Shown here piece by piece: positions 29,647 to 39,284 of a stretch of DNA of 42,085 nt. A model generated the notes under the pieces. That model had not been told where the DNA came from and did not search any database. It saw only the letters and a program-made list of their open reading frames with translations. A program made the translations under genes and the position numbers. This DNA comes from Acidimicrobiales bacterium (lineage in GTDB: Bacteria > Actinomycetota > Acidimicrobiia > Acidimicrobiales > VFJN01): positions 1 to 42,085 of the forward strand of contig DASSGC010000694.1 in assembly GCA_035693765.1 (NCBI GenBank), read 5' to 3'. Position 1 is the stretch's first letter; every line of letters begins with the position of its first letter.

Positions 29647-30724
29647 CGCCTTCCGTCCGGGGGTCGAGGTCGAGGTCGAAGAAGCGACGGATCCACGCCG
29701 ACCGGCGGGGCAGGATGCTCACCACGGGGAGCGCGAAGACGACCTGGGAGATCGTGCCGAAGCGTTCGTAGACGACGGCGTCGAGGACCATCCCGAGGAC
29801 GGCCGCCCGACCGAGGACGAAGAACCAGCCGAGCGTCACGACGGTGGCACCGAAGGCGCCGTAGAGCTCGGACGCGCGCCCGATGCGATCCGGGAGGAAG
29901 AACTGGCTGACCGCCTGCATCCCGGCGATCGTCACCGCCACGAGGACGGCGCCGGGCAGCAGCGCGCCCGGGTCGTTCGTCGCGCGCGGCAGCATCATCG
30001 ACAGCGCCACCCACGCCAGCCCGTAGACGACCACGACGGCGAGGAACGAGAGCCCGGTGGCGGCGAGGCCCAGATCGGCGCGGATCCGGTTGACGATCAC
30101 CGCGACGAGCCCGATCCCTGCGACGAGCCCGACGATGCCGCCGACGATCCGCATCGGCGGCCTGGTCCGCACCGGTAGGCGCCACGCGAGGCAACTCGCC
30201 GAGACCATGACCTTGCTCAGGGAGCGCCCCGCCGTCGCCATGCCGGACAGGCCGAGGATCGTGGCGATCCAGCGCGAGCTGCCGGGCTGCGACAGGGCGG
30301 CGTCGATCTGGTCGGCCAGGCTGCCGGTGACACCCGTCCGGTGCTGCACGTCGTCGGGGTCGACCCATCTCGCGACGATCCCGAGGAGTCCGACGAGGAA
30401 CAGCAGCAACGGCACGAAGAACAGGAAGAGCCGGAAGGCGACGGCGCTGCCGACCACGGTGCCGGCGGCCTCGCGGTCGCGCCGGTGGATGCGCAGGGCG
30501 ACCTCGACCAGCGGCCGATGCTCGTGCCGGGCCAGCACCCCCGTGGCGCGCTCCTGCCCGTCGGTCAGCCGCCGGCGCCCGCGGGCGACGAGGCCGCCCC
30601 GGAGCCCGCGCGACGACGCCGGCTGCTCGGGCGGCTGCTGCTCGCTGGGCGGCTGCTCGGCCGGCGGCTGCTCGCTGGGCGGCTGCTCGGCCGGCTGCTG
30701 CTCGCTGGGCGGCTGCGCTGCCAT
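29618..30724 (-). CDS. YihY/BrkB family membrane protein with repetitive N-terminus
   Basis: About six TM segments (FRLFLFFVPLLLFLVGLLG ...). The N-terminal tail PPSEQQPAEQPPSEQPPAEQPPSEQQPPEQP comes from DNA tandem repeats at 30621-30717. Confidence 0.7.
   Translation of the reverse strand: MAAQPPSEQQPAEQPPSEQPPAEQPPSEQQPPEQPASSRGLRGGLVARGRRRLTDGQERATGVLARHEHRPLVEVALRIHRRDREAAGTVVGSAVAFRLFLFFVPLLLFLVGLLGIVARWVDPDDVQHRTGVTGSLADQIDAALSQPGSSRWIATILGLSGMATAGRSLSKVMVSASCLAWRLPVRTRPPMRIVGGIVGLVAGIGLVAVIVNRIRADLGLAATGLSFLAVVVVYGLAWVALSMMLPRATNDPGALLPGAVLVAVTIAGMQAVSQFFLPDRIGRASELYGAFGATVVTLGWFFVLGRAAVLGMVLDAVVYERFGTISQVVFALPVVSILPRRSAWIRRFFDLDLDPRTEGARRPGRPTP
30621..30717 (-). repeat. Degenerate tandem repeats (GGCTGCTC-based) encoding the YihY N-terminal P/E/Q tail
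   Basis: Read directly from the sequence: ggctgctcgggc ggctgctgctcgctgggc ggctgctcggccggc ggctgctcgctgggc ... Confidence 0.8.
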
Positions 30725-30746
30725 CCCGCCATCCTGGCCGCGTCGC

Positions 30747-31670
30747 TCAGCCGTTGCGTGCCGGCGCGTCGGGCAGGCTCTGCGCGATCGTCAGCGTGCC
30801 GGCGAAGAGGTCGCCGGCGTCGTCGACGCGGGCCAGCACGTCGACCATCTCGAACGACAGCGGTGCGCCGCCCGCGGCCGCCTCGACCTCGTCCCAGGCA
30901 ACCGGGGTCGACACCGTCGGGCGGGGCCGGGCCCGCAGCGAGTAGACCGCGATCGTCGTCTTGTGGCGGCTGTTCTGGCTCCAGTCCACCAGCACCTTGC
31001 CCCGGCGCAGGCTCTTCTTCATGTTCGACACGACGCCCCCGGGGTGCGCCCGCTCCAGGAGCGCCGCCACCGCCTGCGCGAACGACGACGTGTGGGCGTG
31101 GGTGTGCGGCGTGTTCAACGGCACGTAGACCTGCATCCCCTTCGACCCCGACGTCTTCGGGAAGCCCTCCAGACCGAACCCGTCGAGCACGTGGCGCACG
31201 TCGAGGGCCACGTCGGCGCACTCCCGCATGCCCGTACCCTCCCCCGGGTCGAGGTCGAAGACGCACATGGTCGGCGTCTCGACGTCGCCCTGCGCCATCG
31301 GCGCGTGGATCTCCAGCGCGGCCATGTTGGCCGCCCACACCAGCGCGGGCGTCGAATCGAGGCGGCAGTAGCCGATGTCGCCCGAGCGGTCGCCCGGGCC
31401 GAGCTGCGTCCCCACCCACTCGGGGCGGTGACCCGGGCACCGCTTCTCGAAGAACGAGCCGCCGGTCACCCCGTCGGGGAACCGCCGCAGCGTGACGCCC
31501 CGCGCCGCGAGGTGGGGCACCATCACCGGCGCGATGCGGGCGTAGTAGTCGATGACCTCGGCCTTGGTCGTGCCCGTCTCCGGGTAGAGCACCTTGTCGA
31601 GGTTCGACAGCCGGAGCCGGCGACCCTCGATCTCGACGACCTGGGCCGTCCCGGCCGACCTCGGCGGCAC
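30747..31670 (-). CDS. Stand-alone LigD-type NHEJ polymerase/primase domain protein
   Basis: LSNLDKVLYPETGTTKAEVIDYY, FDLDPGEG and KTSGSKGMQVYVPL. There is no ligase or phosphoesterase domain in the ORF. Confidence 0.9.
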   Translation of the reverse strand: MPPRSAGTAQVVEIEGRRLRLSNLDKVLYPETGTTKAEVIDYYARIAPVMVPHLAARGVTLRRFPDGVTGGSFFEKRCPGHRPEWVGTQLGPGDRSGDIGYCRLDSTPALVWAANMAALEIHAPMAQGDVETPTMCVFDLDPGEGTGMRECADVALDVRHVLDGFGLEGFPKTSGSKGMQVYVPLNTPHTHAHTSSFAQAVAALLERAHPGGVVSNMKKSLRRGKVLVDWSQNSRHKTTIAVYSLRARPRPTVSTPVAWDEVEAAAGGAPLSFEMVDVLARVDDAGDLFAGTLTIAQSLPDAPARNG

Positions 31671-31673
31671 GGG

Positions 31674-32675
31674 CTACGCGGACTTGCGCCGGGGTGCCTT
31701 GGCGGCCTTGGCGGCCTTGGTGGCCTTGGTCGACTTCGTCGCCTTGGACGCCTTCGCCGAGGTCCGCCGGCCGCCGTCACGTGACGTCCCGGCGTCGCCC
31801 CCGGCCGATCCGCCCGCGTCCTCGTCCGTGCCCTCGTCCGCCGACTCCCCGTCGTGCGAGCGGGTCGCCGCCTTGGCCGTGGGGTGCCGGCCCCGGGCCG
31901 CCTTGGCCTCCTTCACGCTGGCCTCGAGCGCGGCCATCAGGTCGACGACCTTGTCCTCGGCGACCGGCGCCGGCGCGGCCACGATCTCCTCCCCGGCCGC
32001 CTTGCGGTCGATCAGGTCGAGCACCCGGTGCCGGTAGCTGTCGTCGTAGCGCTCGGGCTCGAAGGGCTCGGTGAGCGACTCGACGAGCTGGCTGGCCATC
32101 GTCAGCTCCCGGGAGCTCACGTCGACCTCGCCCACGTCGCCGTCGACCAGCTCGGACGGGTCGTTCACCTCGTCCGCGTAGACCATCGTCGACATCACGA
32201 GCAGCCCGTCCTTCGGGCGCAGCGCGGCCAGGTACTGCTTCGACCGCATGACCAGGCGGGCGATCGCCACCTTGCCCTGCTCCTCCATGGCCCGCGTGAG
32301 CAGGGCGTAGGGCTTGCGGGCGGCCTTGTCGGGGGCCACGTAGTAGGCCGAGTCGAAGTAGATCGGGTCGATCTCGTCGAGGTCGACGAACTGCTCGATG
32401 TCGATCGACCGGGTCGCCTCGGGGTCGAGCGCGGCCAGCTCGTCGTCCCCGACCAGCACGTACTCGCCGGAGGAGAGCTGGTAGCCCTTGGCGATGGCCT
32501 CGTTGGGGACCTCCTCGCCGTCGGCCGCCGACACCTTGCGGTACTGGATGCGCGAGCCGGTGCGGGTGTCGATCTGGTTGAAGTGGACGCTCTTGCGGGA
32601 CACGGCGTTGAACAGCTTGATCGGGATGTTCACCAGACCGAAGCTGATGGCACCGCTCCACATCGCACGAGGCAT
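31674..32675 (-). CDS. ku: Ku protein (NHEJ) with Lys/Ala-rich C-terminal tail
   Basis: N-terminus MPRAMWSGAISFGLVNIPIKLFNA. The tail SKATKSTKATKAAKAAKAPRRKSA is encoded by seven 9-nt units (31696-31758). Confidence 0.93.
   Translation of the reverse strand: MPRAMWSGAISFGLVNIPIKLFNAVSRKSVHFNQIDTRTGSRIQYRKVSAADGEEVPNEAIAKGYQLSSGEYVLVGDDELAALDPEATRSIDIEQFVDLDEIDPIYFDSAYYVAPDKAARKPYALLTRAMEEQGKVAIARLVMRSKQYLAALRPKDGLLVMSTMVYADEVNDPSELVDGDVGEVDVSSRELTMASQLVESLTEPFEPERYDDSYRHRVLDLIDRKAAGEEIVAAPAPVAEDKVVDLMAALEASVKEAKAARGRHPTAKAATRSHDGESADEGTDEDAGGSAGGDAGTSRDGGRRTSAKASKATKSTKATKAAKAAKAPRRKSA
31696..31758 (-). repeat. Seven 9-nt units (GCCTTGGCG-like) encoding the Ku Lys/Ala tail
   Basis: gccttggcg gccttggcg gccttggtg gccttggtc gacttcgtc gccttggac gccttcgcc. 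Confidence 0.85.
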
Positions 32676-32770
32676 GTCAGCAGTATTCCCCCTTTGACCC
32701 GGCCTTGAACAGCAGCCCGCCGGCGATTGTCATCCGAGGTGGCGGCCCCCGGCCATGGATCCTCAGGTCG

Positions 32771-33376
32771 TCATGCAGGCAGGCCCGGTCGGGGGAACCG
32801 GCCCACGCCGTCCCACAGCGCCCAGGTGATCAGCCCCACCGCGTCGTCGATGCTGCACGGTGCGTGCTCGATCCACTCGCTGGTCGCAGCCTCCAGGAGC
32901 CCGACCAGGCCCCGGGCCAGCATGCGGGCCGAGGCGCTCCCGCCCCACGTGTCGGCGATCCGCTGGCAACGCTCCCGGCGGGCCCGCTGCACGGCCGGGT
33001 GGTCGACCGCACCCGCGGCCGCGAACACCCGCCACGAGTCGGCATTGGCCTGCGCCAGCTCGAGGAAGTGGCGCACCAGCGAGGCGAGCTGGGCCTTGTC
33101 GACCGGTGCGTTCTGCACCAGGCGCGACAGCTCCTCGTCGACGCCGGCCAGGCTGTGGAGGTAGACGGCCGCGATCAGCTCGCCCCGGTCGCCGAAGTAC
33201 GCGTACACCAGCGACCGCGACACCCCGGCCGCGGCGGCCACCTCGTCGAAGCGGACCGTGGCCGGGTCGCGGCCGCGGAACACCTCGGCCGCCGCCGCCA
33301 CGATCTGGGCCCGGCGCGCGGCCGGGTCGAGGCGCGATCGACGGACCTCCGCCTGCTCGGCGCGGGCAGGTTCCAT
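32771..33376 (-). CDS. TetR family transcriptional regulator (last gene of the ABC importer operon)
   Basis: HTH VRFDEVAAAAGVSRSLVYAYFGDRGEL. ATG 33376 lies 5 nt after the upstream ATPase stop. Confidence 0.85.
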   Translation of the reverse strand: MEPARAEQAEVRRSRLDPAARRAQIVAAAAEVFRGRDPATVRFDEVAAAAGVSRSLVYAYFGDRGELIAAVYLHSLAGVDEELSRLVQNAPVDKAQLASLVRHFLELAQANADSWRVFAAAGAVDHPAVQRARRERCQRIADTWGGSASARMLARGLVGLLEAATSEWIEHAPCSIDDAVGLITWALWDGVGRFPRPGLPA

Positions 33377-33381
33377 GGCCG

Positions 33382-34458
33382 CTACGCGGGCGCGTCCTCT
33401 GGCTCGACGGGCCCGGACCGGGCCCCGGGCGCGCTGTCGACGACGTCCGAGGTGCCCGGCCCGGCGCCGTTGCCGGTCAGGGGGAAATGGCACGCCACGA
33501 AGTGGCCGTCCGCCGTGGGGCGGATCTGCGGCTCCTCGCTGGCACAGCGGGCCTCGGCCCGGGGGCAGCGGGTGCGGAACCGGCAACCGCTCGGCGGCGC
33601 CATCGGCGAGGGCAGGTCACCCGCCACGAGGCCGCTCGACCCGGCGGGCATGCTGGGGTCGGGCACCGGGATCGAGGAGAGCAGGGCCGCGGTGTAGGGG
33701 TGGGCGGGCGCCGAGTAGAGCTTGGCCGGCGACGCCAGCTCGCAGATCTTGCCCAGGTACATGACCGCGACCTGGTCGCTCACGTTCTTCACCACCGCCA
33801 GATCGTGGGTGATGAACAGGAGCGTGAGCTGGTAGCGCTCCTTCAGGTCTTCGAGCAGGTTGAGGATCTGGGCCTGGACGGACACGTCGAGGGCCGAGAC
33901 CGGCTCGTCGCAGATCAGCACCTTCGGGTCGAGCACCAGGGCCCGGGCGACGCAGATGCGTTGGCACTGACCGCCGGAGAACTCGTGGGGTCGCTTGTCG
34001 CGGGCCACCCGCGGGTCGAGGCCGACCGCCTCCAGGGCCTCGTCGACGACCTTGGTGCGGTCACCGCCCTTGCGCCAGATGCGCAGGGGGGCGCCCACGA
34101 TGTCGGCCACCGTGCGCCGGGGGTTGAGCGAGCTGATCGGGTCCTGGAACACGATCTGGATGTCGGGCCGGACCGCCCGCAGCCGCTCGCCGCGCAGCGC
34201 CGTGATCTCGCGGCCGTCGAACACCACCTTCCCGCCGGTCGGCGGCGGGAGCTGCATCACGGCCCGGGCCGTGGTCGACTTGCCGCAGCCGCTCTCGCCC
34301 ACGAGGCCGAGCGTCTCGCCCGCGGCGACGTCGAAGCTGACGTCGGCGACCGCCGACACCTTCTGCCCGCCGCCCGCCGGGAAGTCGACCACCATGTGCT
34401 CGACCCGCAGCAGCACGTCCTCGGCCGGCCGCAGGTGCGCCGTTCCGGTGCCCGCCAT
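33382..34458 (-). CDS. Peptide/nickel ABC transporter ATP-binding protein (OppF/DppF-like)
   Basis: Walker A GESGCGKST, signature FSGGQCQR, Walker B LICDEPVSALD, and C-terminal HPYTAALLSSIP. Confidence 0.9.
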   Translation of the reverse strand: MAGTGTAHLRPAEDVLLRVEHMVVDFPAGGGQKVSAVADVSFDVAAGETLGLVGESGCGKSTTARAVMQLPPPTGGKVVFDGREITALRGERLRAVRPDIQIVFQDPISSLNPRRTVADIVGAPLRIWRKGGDRTKVVDEALEAVGLDPRVARDKRPHEFSGGQCQRICVARALVLDPKVLICDEPVSALDVSVQAQILNLLEDLKERYQLTLLFITHDLAVVKNVSDQVAVMYLGKICELASPAKLYSAPAHPYTAALLSSIPVPDPSMPAGSSGLVAGDLPSPMAPPSGCRFRTRCPRAEARCASEEPQIRPTADGHFVACHFPLTGNGAGPGTSDVVDSAPGARSGPVEPEDAPA

Positions 34459-34474
34459 CAGTACGTCCCCCCGC

Positions 34475-35605
34475 TCATGACGCCTCGACCGCGAGGTCGC
34501 CCGACACCGCTCCGGACACCGCCGCCTCCGCCTGGGGAAGCTGGGCGGCCAGGTTCGATTCCAGCGCCTCCCGGCCGGCGTCGGTGCCGACCGGGTACCA
34601 GCACCGGTACAGGTGGCCCGGCGTCTCGGCCTCGACCAGCGGTGGCTGCTCCTCCAGGCACCGCGGCTGCACGTAGGGGCAGCGGGGCGCGAAGCGGCAG
34701 CCGGCCGGGGGGTCGATCAGGTCGGGCGGCCGCCCGCCGATGACGGAGAGGCGGGTGTGGCTCTCGTTCTCCAGCCGCGGGACCGACCGCAGCAGCGCCT
34801 CGGTGTACGGCATGCGCACCTCGGAGAACAGGGTGCTGGTCGGCGCCTGCTCGACGATCTGGCCCGCGTACATCACGGCGATGTCGTGCGTCCGCCCGGC
34901 CACGACGCCCAGGTCGTGGCTGACCAGCACCACCGCCATGTCGCGTTCGCGCTGCTGCTCCCCGAGCAGGTCGAGGATCTGGGCCTGGACGGTCACGTCC
35001 AGCGCGGTCGTGGGCTCGTCGGCGAACAGGAGCTGGGGGCCGCACGCCAGCGCCACCGCGATCACCACCCGCTGGCGCATGCCGCCCGACAGCTCGTGGG
35101 GGTACTGGCGCAGCCGCCGCTCGGCCTCGGGGATGTGCACCGAGCGGAGCAGGGCCAGCGCCGTCTCCCTGGCGTCGGCGCGGCTCATCTCCGTGTGGAC
35201 CTCGAGCGACTCCATGATCTGGCGCCCGATCCGCATCACGGGGTTGAGCGACGTCATCGGGTCCTGGAACACCATCGACATCTGGGTGCCCCAGTACTCC
35301 CGCAGCGCCGCCGGCCCCAGCTCGTCGAGGCGCACGCCGGCGAACGTGATCGTGCCCTGCCGCCGGGCGGTCGACGGCAGCAGGCCCATGATCGACCGGG
35401 ACAGCACCGACTTGCCGCAGCCCGACTCGCCGACGAGGCCGAGGGTGCGGCCCCGGGCGAGCGCGAGCGACACGCCGTCGACCGCCTTCACGACCCCGCG
35501 CGGCGTGTGGAACGAGGTCCGCAGGTCGACGACGTCGAGCAGGTCGCGCCCGGCCAGGTGGAAATCGTCGGGGCTCGTGCTGACGTGGCGGCGGGCGGGC
35601 GTCAC
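34475..35605 (-). CDS. Peptide/nickel ABC transporter ATP-binding protein (OppD/DppD-like)
   Basis: GTG 35605 overlaps the permease stop (GTGA). Walker A GESGCGKSV, signature LSGGMRQR, Walker B LFADEPTTALD, and PYTEALLRSVP. Confidence 0.9.
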   Translation of the reverse strand: MTPARRHVSTSPDDFHLAGRDLLDVVDLRTSFHTPRGVVKAVDGVSLALARGRTLGLVGESGCGKSVLSRSIMGLLPSTARRQGTITFAGVRLDELGPAALREYWGTQMSMVFQDPMTSLNPVMRIGRQIMESLEVHTEMSRADARETALALLRSVHIPEAERRLRQYPHELSGGMRQRVVIAVALACGPQLLFADEPTTALDVTVQAQILDLLGEQQRERDMAVVLVSHDLGVVAGRTHDIAVMYAGQIVEQAPTSTLFSEVRMPYTEALLRSVPRLENESHTRLSVIGGRPPDLIDPPAGCRFAPRCPYVQPRCLEEQPPLVEAETPGHLYRCWYPVGTDAGREALESNLAAQLPQAEAAVSGAVSGDLAVEAS

Positions 35606-36564
35606 AGCGCGCTCTCCCGCACGTCGAACCGGGCCCGCACGATGTCGCCCAGGTAGTTGAGCGAGAGCACGGTGAGGAAGATCACCACGGTGGGGATGAG
35701 CACGATGTGGGGTGAGTCCCGCAGGTCGGCCCGGCCCTCGGCGAGGATGTTGCCCCACGACGGCGTCGGTGTCTTCACGCCCACCCCCAGCACGCTGAGA
35801 CCGCCCTCGGCGACGATGACCACGGCCACGCCGAGCAGGGCGATCGAGAACATGGCGGGCAGCACGTTGGGCAGCACCTCGCCGAACATGATCTGGCGGT
35901 GGCGGGCGCCCATGGCCCGCGCCGCCAGCACGAACTCGCGTTGCGACCAGGCCAGCGCGTTGGCCCGCGTGATGCGGCCGAGCACCGGGATGGAGACCAC
36001 CCCCAGGGCGAGCACCAGCACCACCATGCGCCGGGTCGAGGTGATGCCCTCGCCGCTGGCGAAGACCGTCACCAGCGTCAACGCCAGGATGAGCTGGGGG
36101 AACGACAGCATGACGTCGAACCCGCCGGTGAAGACGGTGTCGGCCTTCCCCCGGAAGTAGCCGGCGATCAGCCCGAGCAGGCCGCCGAGCACGAGCCCGA
36201 TCAGCACCGACCCGACACCGAGCAGCAGCGAGGCTCGCGAGCCCCACACCATGCGGCTGAGCAGGTCGCGCCCGAGGGCGTCGCCGCCGAGGACGTGACC
36301 GTCGGTGCCGGGCGGCTGGCCGACGATCGAGACGAAGCTCTTGTCGGGGTCGTCGAGCGGGAGCAACGGTGCGGTCAGCGCGATCAGGATCACGAAGCCC
36401 AGCCATGCGATGGCCAGGCTGCCGAAGACGCCGAGCCGGCCGCGCCGGGCCGCCCGGCCCTCCAGCGGGGCGCCGCCCTCGGCCGCTACCAGGTCGACGG
36501 GTTGGAGGGTCGAGACCGGCGTGAGCGACGGCAGCTCGACCGGCGGGGACTCAGGCTCGGGCAT
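35602..36564 (-). CDS. ABC transporter permease (DppC/OppC-like)
   Basis: Six hydrophobic segments. Conserved loop AARAMGARHRQIMFGEVLPNV. Confidence 0.88.
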   Translation of the reverse strand: MPEPESPPVELPSLTPVSTLQPVDLVAAEGGAPLEGRAARRGRLGVFGSLAIAWLGFVILIALTAPLLPLDDPDKSFVSIVGQPPGTDGHVLGGDALGRDLLSRMVWGSRASLLLGVGSVLIGLVLGGLLGLIAGYFRGKADTVFTGGFDVMLSFPQLILALTLVTVFASGEGITSTRRMVVLVLALGVVSIPVLGRITRANALAWSQREFVLAARAMGARHRQIMFGEVLPNVLPAMFSIALLGVAVVIVAEGGLSVLGVGVKTPTPSWGNILAEGRADLRDSPHIVLIPTVVIFLTVLSLNYLGDIVRARFDVRESAL

Positions 36565-37501
36565 GGCGGATCCGTGGGTCGAGGACGACGTAGAGCAGGT
36601 CGACCAGGAAGTTGATGAGGACGTAGCCGACGGCGATGATCGCCACCAGGCTCTGGAGCGCGATGTACTGGCGGGCGCTGATCGCCTCGTACAGCAGGGT
36701 CCCGATGCCGGGCAGCGAGAAGATGACCTCGACGATGACCGCGCCGCCGATGAGCGTGCCGACGTTGAGGCCCGCCACGGTCAGCAGGGTCAGGCTCGAC
36801 GGCCGCAGGGCGTGGCGCCACAGCACCCGCCGGGGCGAGATGCCCTTCGACTTGGCCATGGTGATGAAGTCCTCCTGCAGCGTGGCGATCATGTCGCTGC
36901 GCAGCAGGCGCATGTAGACGGCGATCTGGCCGATGGCCAGGCTGATGGCCGGCATGGCCATGCGCCGGATGTGCTCGACGAGGTCCTCGCTGGGTTTGAC
37001 GTAGCCGCTGACCGGCAGCCACCCGAACTGCACCCCGACGTAGTACGCGAGCACCAGCGCCAGGGCGAAGTTCGGGAAGGCGAGCATGCCGAAGGCGGTG
37101 GCGTTGGCCCCCTTGTCGAAGCGGCTACCCGCCCGGTAGGCGGTGACGACCCCGGCCGGGATGGCGACGAGGAGCGCGAGCACCTGGGCGTACACCATGA
37201 GCTGCAGCGACACCGGCAGCGATTCGGTCACCCGGTCCATCACCGGCCGCTCACCCGTCACGCTGTAGTAGCCGCCCAGGTCGCCCTGGACGAACCCGCT
37301 GATCCACCGGCCGTACTGCACCGGCAGCGGGTCGTCCAGGCCGAGATCGTCCCGGAGCGCGTCCTTCTGCTCGGGGCTGGCGAACCCGGCGATCGCGTCC
37401 ACCGGGTCGCCCGGCAGCATCGAGGTCAGCGCCGCGACGAAGACGGTGACCAGGAAGAGGACGATCAGCAGGTGGACGAGCCGGGGCAGGAGCTTGCGCA
37501 T
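36551..37501 (-). CDS. ABC transporter permease (DppB/OppB-like)
   Basis: ATG at 37501 (MRKLLPRLVHLLIVLF). Conserved loop FITMAKSKGISPRRVLWRHALRPS. Overlaps the next gene by 14 nt. Confidence 0.88.
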   Translation of the reverse strand: MRKLLPRLVHLLIVLFLVTVFVAALTSMLPGDPVDAIAGFASPEQKDALRDDLGLDDPLPVQYGRWISGFVQGDLGGYYSVTGERPVMDRVTESLPVSLQLMVYAQVLALLVAIPAGVVTAYRAGSRFDKGANATAFGMLAFPNFALALVLAYYVGVQFGWLPVSGYVKPSEDLVEHIRRMAMPAISLAIGQIAVYMRLLRSDMIATLQEDFITMAKSKGISPRRVLWRHALRPSSLTLLTVAGLNVGTLIGGAVIVEVIFSLPGIGTLLYEAISARQYIALQSLVAIIAVGYVLINFLVDLLYVVLDPRIRHARA

Positions 37502-37517
37502 GTCGGCCCCGCTCCCC

Positions 37518-39167
37518 CTACTGCTCGACCCACATGTAGGCCACGAGGTGACCGGTGGCCAGGCCGGGGAACGGCTCGGCCGCGTTCGGGCCCTCGCCCG
37601 GCACACCGTGGACGTCGGTGGCGGTGGCCACCACCCATGGCGTGTAGTAGGTCCACAGGTCGTAGAGCTGCTCGGCGAAGCGCTTGTTGAGGTCCTCGTA
37701 GATCTGGTCGCGGCCGTCCTTGGTGGTGCGGCCCTCGTCGAGCAGCCGGTCGATCTCCGGGTCGGAGAACTTGCCGAAGTTCACCGGCGAGCCCGACTTC
37801 CACCAGTTGTACTGCTGGTCGGGGTCGCCGCCGGGGTGGTTGCGCCAGCTCATCGCCTGGAAGTCGCCCTGGATGGCGGTGTCGATCAGCGTGGACTGGT
37901 CGACCTGGACGATGTCGACGCTCATGCCGGCGGCCTCGGCCTGCTGCTTGAAGAGCTGGGCCAGCTCGGTCGTGAACTGCACGTTGGTGGTCGAATAGGT
38001 GAACGCCAGGTCCTGCCCGGTCTCCTCCTTGTACTGCTCGACCAGGCTCTTGGCCTTGTCGAGGTCGAACTGGGGGAGGCCGGTGTCGTCGAGGTTGCCG
38101 ATGTTGCCCGGGGCGAACGGGCCGGTGGCCTGGGTCAGGATGCCGTCGCCCAGGATGGCGTTGAGCTCGTCGAAGTTCGACGCGTAGGCGACCGCCTGAC
38201 GGGCCGTGATGTTGTCGAAGGGCGGGTGGGTCACGTTGAGCATGAGGTAGCCGACCTCGCCGAACTCCTCGGACTCGTAGGCGTTGACCTCGCCCGACTC
38301 GGCCCGGTCCCGCAGCTCGGACACCGTCTCGGGCTCGCTCGTGTGCATGGCGTTCAGGTCGCCCGACTCGAGGGCGTTGAGCCGCTGCTGCACCTCGGGC
38401 ACCGGCCGGAACTCGATCTCGTCGAGGTACGGGAGCTGGTTGCCCGCGGCGTCGGTTGCCCAGTAGTCGGGGTTCTTCTCGGCCGTGAAGCTCTGGTTGG
38501 GGACCCAGTCGACCTTCTTGAACGGGCCGGTGCCGATGAGGTTCTCGGCGCAGGAGGCGGTGTCGTCGAGCTGGGCCTGGGCCATGATGCCCAGCCGGCC
38601 GCTGCTGTAGAGCTGGGCGTCGAAGCTGACCCAGGGCTGCTTCATGGTGACCTGCACGGTCAGCGGGTCGAGCACGTCGACGCTCTGGATGGGCTCGAGC
38701 ACGAAGACGAACAGGAGCGGCTTCCTGGTGGGGTAGGTGCCCCGGTAGGCGTCGAGGTTGTTCTTCACGACCTCTGCCGTCAGGTCGCTGCCGTCGTGGA
38801 ACTTCACGCCCTCGCGGATCTTGATGGTCCACACGGTCGAGTCGGCGTTGGCCTCGACCGACTCGGCCAGCCACGGCTCGACGACGCCCTCGGCGTTGGG
38901 CCGGGTGAGCGTGTCGTAGATGGCGTCGGTCACCATGATGCCGGAGATGGCGAGCTGGGCCTCGGGCAGGCACCAGCCGTCGATGGTCTCGGCCTCGAGG
39001 CCGTAGACCACCTTGCCGCCCGGCGTCGGCGTGCCGGCGTCGCCGCCGGTGGCCCCGCCACCGCCGCCGTCGTCGTCGCCACCGCCGCACGCGGCGGCCA
39101 CCAGCGCCAGGGCGAGCACCGCTGCTGCCCGGCGCACCCGTCGTGAACGCTTCGCTGTCGAACCCAC
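37518..39167 (-). CDS. ABC transporter substrate-binding lipoprotein, family 5 (peptide/nickel type)
   Basis: GTG 39167 is preceded by GAGGAGGGGG. Lipobox LVAAACGG. The size and sequence are typical of family-5 solute-binding proteins. Confidence 0.88.
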   Translation of the reverse strand: MGSTAKRSRRVRRAAAVLALALVAAACGGGDDDGGGGGATGGDAGTPTPGGKVVYGLEAETIDGWCLPEAQLAISGIMVTDAIYDTLTRPNAEGVVEPWLAESVEANADSTVWTIKIREGVKFHDGSDLTAEVVKNNLDAYRGTYPTRKPLLFVFVLEPIQSVDVLDPLTVQVTMKQPWVSFDAQLYSSGRLGIMAQAQLDDTASCAENLIGTGPFKKVDWVPNQSFTAEKNPDYWATDAAGNQLPYLDEIEFRPVPEVQQRLNALESGDLNAMHTSEPETVSELRDRAESGEVNAYESEEFGEVGYLMLNVTHPPFDNITARQAVAYASNFDELNAILGDGILTQATGPFAPGNIGNLDDTGLPQFDLDKAKSLVEQYKEETGQDLAFTYSTTNVQFTTELAQLFKQQAEAAGMSVDIVQVDQSTLIDTAIQGDFQAMSWRNHPGGDPDQQYNWWKSGSPVNFGKFSDPEIDRLLDEGRTTKDGRDQIYEDLNKRFAEQLYDLWTYYTPWVVATATDVHGVPGEGPNAAEPFPGLATGHLVAYMWVEQ

Positions 39168-39241
39168 GTGGCCCCCTCCTCACACGAGCCCACAGCCGTG
39201 GGCGGTTAGCTGACCGTCGCGCGCACCGAGTCGCGCGCCGA

Positions 39242-39276
39242 TGTCACACGTGACACAAGGTCGTGACCTGGGTCAC
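39242..39276. promoter_or_regulatory. Two 14-bp palindromic candidate operators
   Basis: TGTCAC-AC-GTGACA (39242-39255) and GTGACC-TG-GGTCAC (39263-39276). Both lie just downstream of the putative promoter of the importer operon. Confidence 0.5.
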
Positions 39277-39284
39277 AACCGCGC

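Noticed and set aside
31674-32675. Ku plus LigD-polymerase as a novel system.
   Set aside because: This is the well-described bacterial NHEJ pair. It is recorded only as a low-interest note on architecture.
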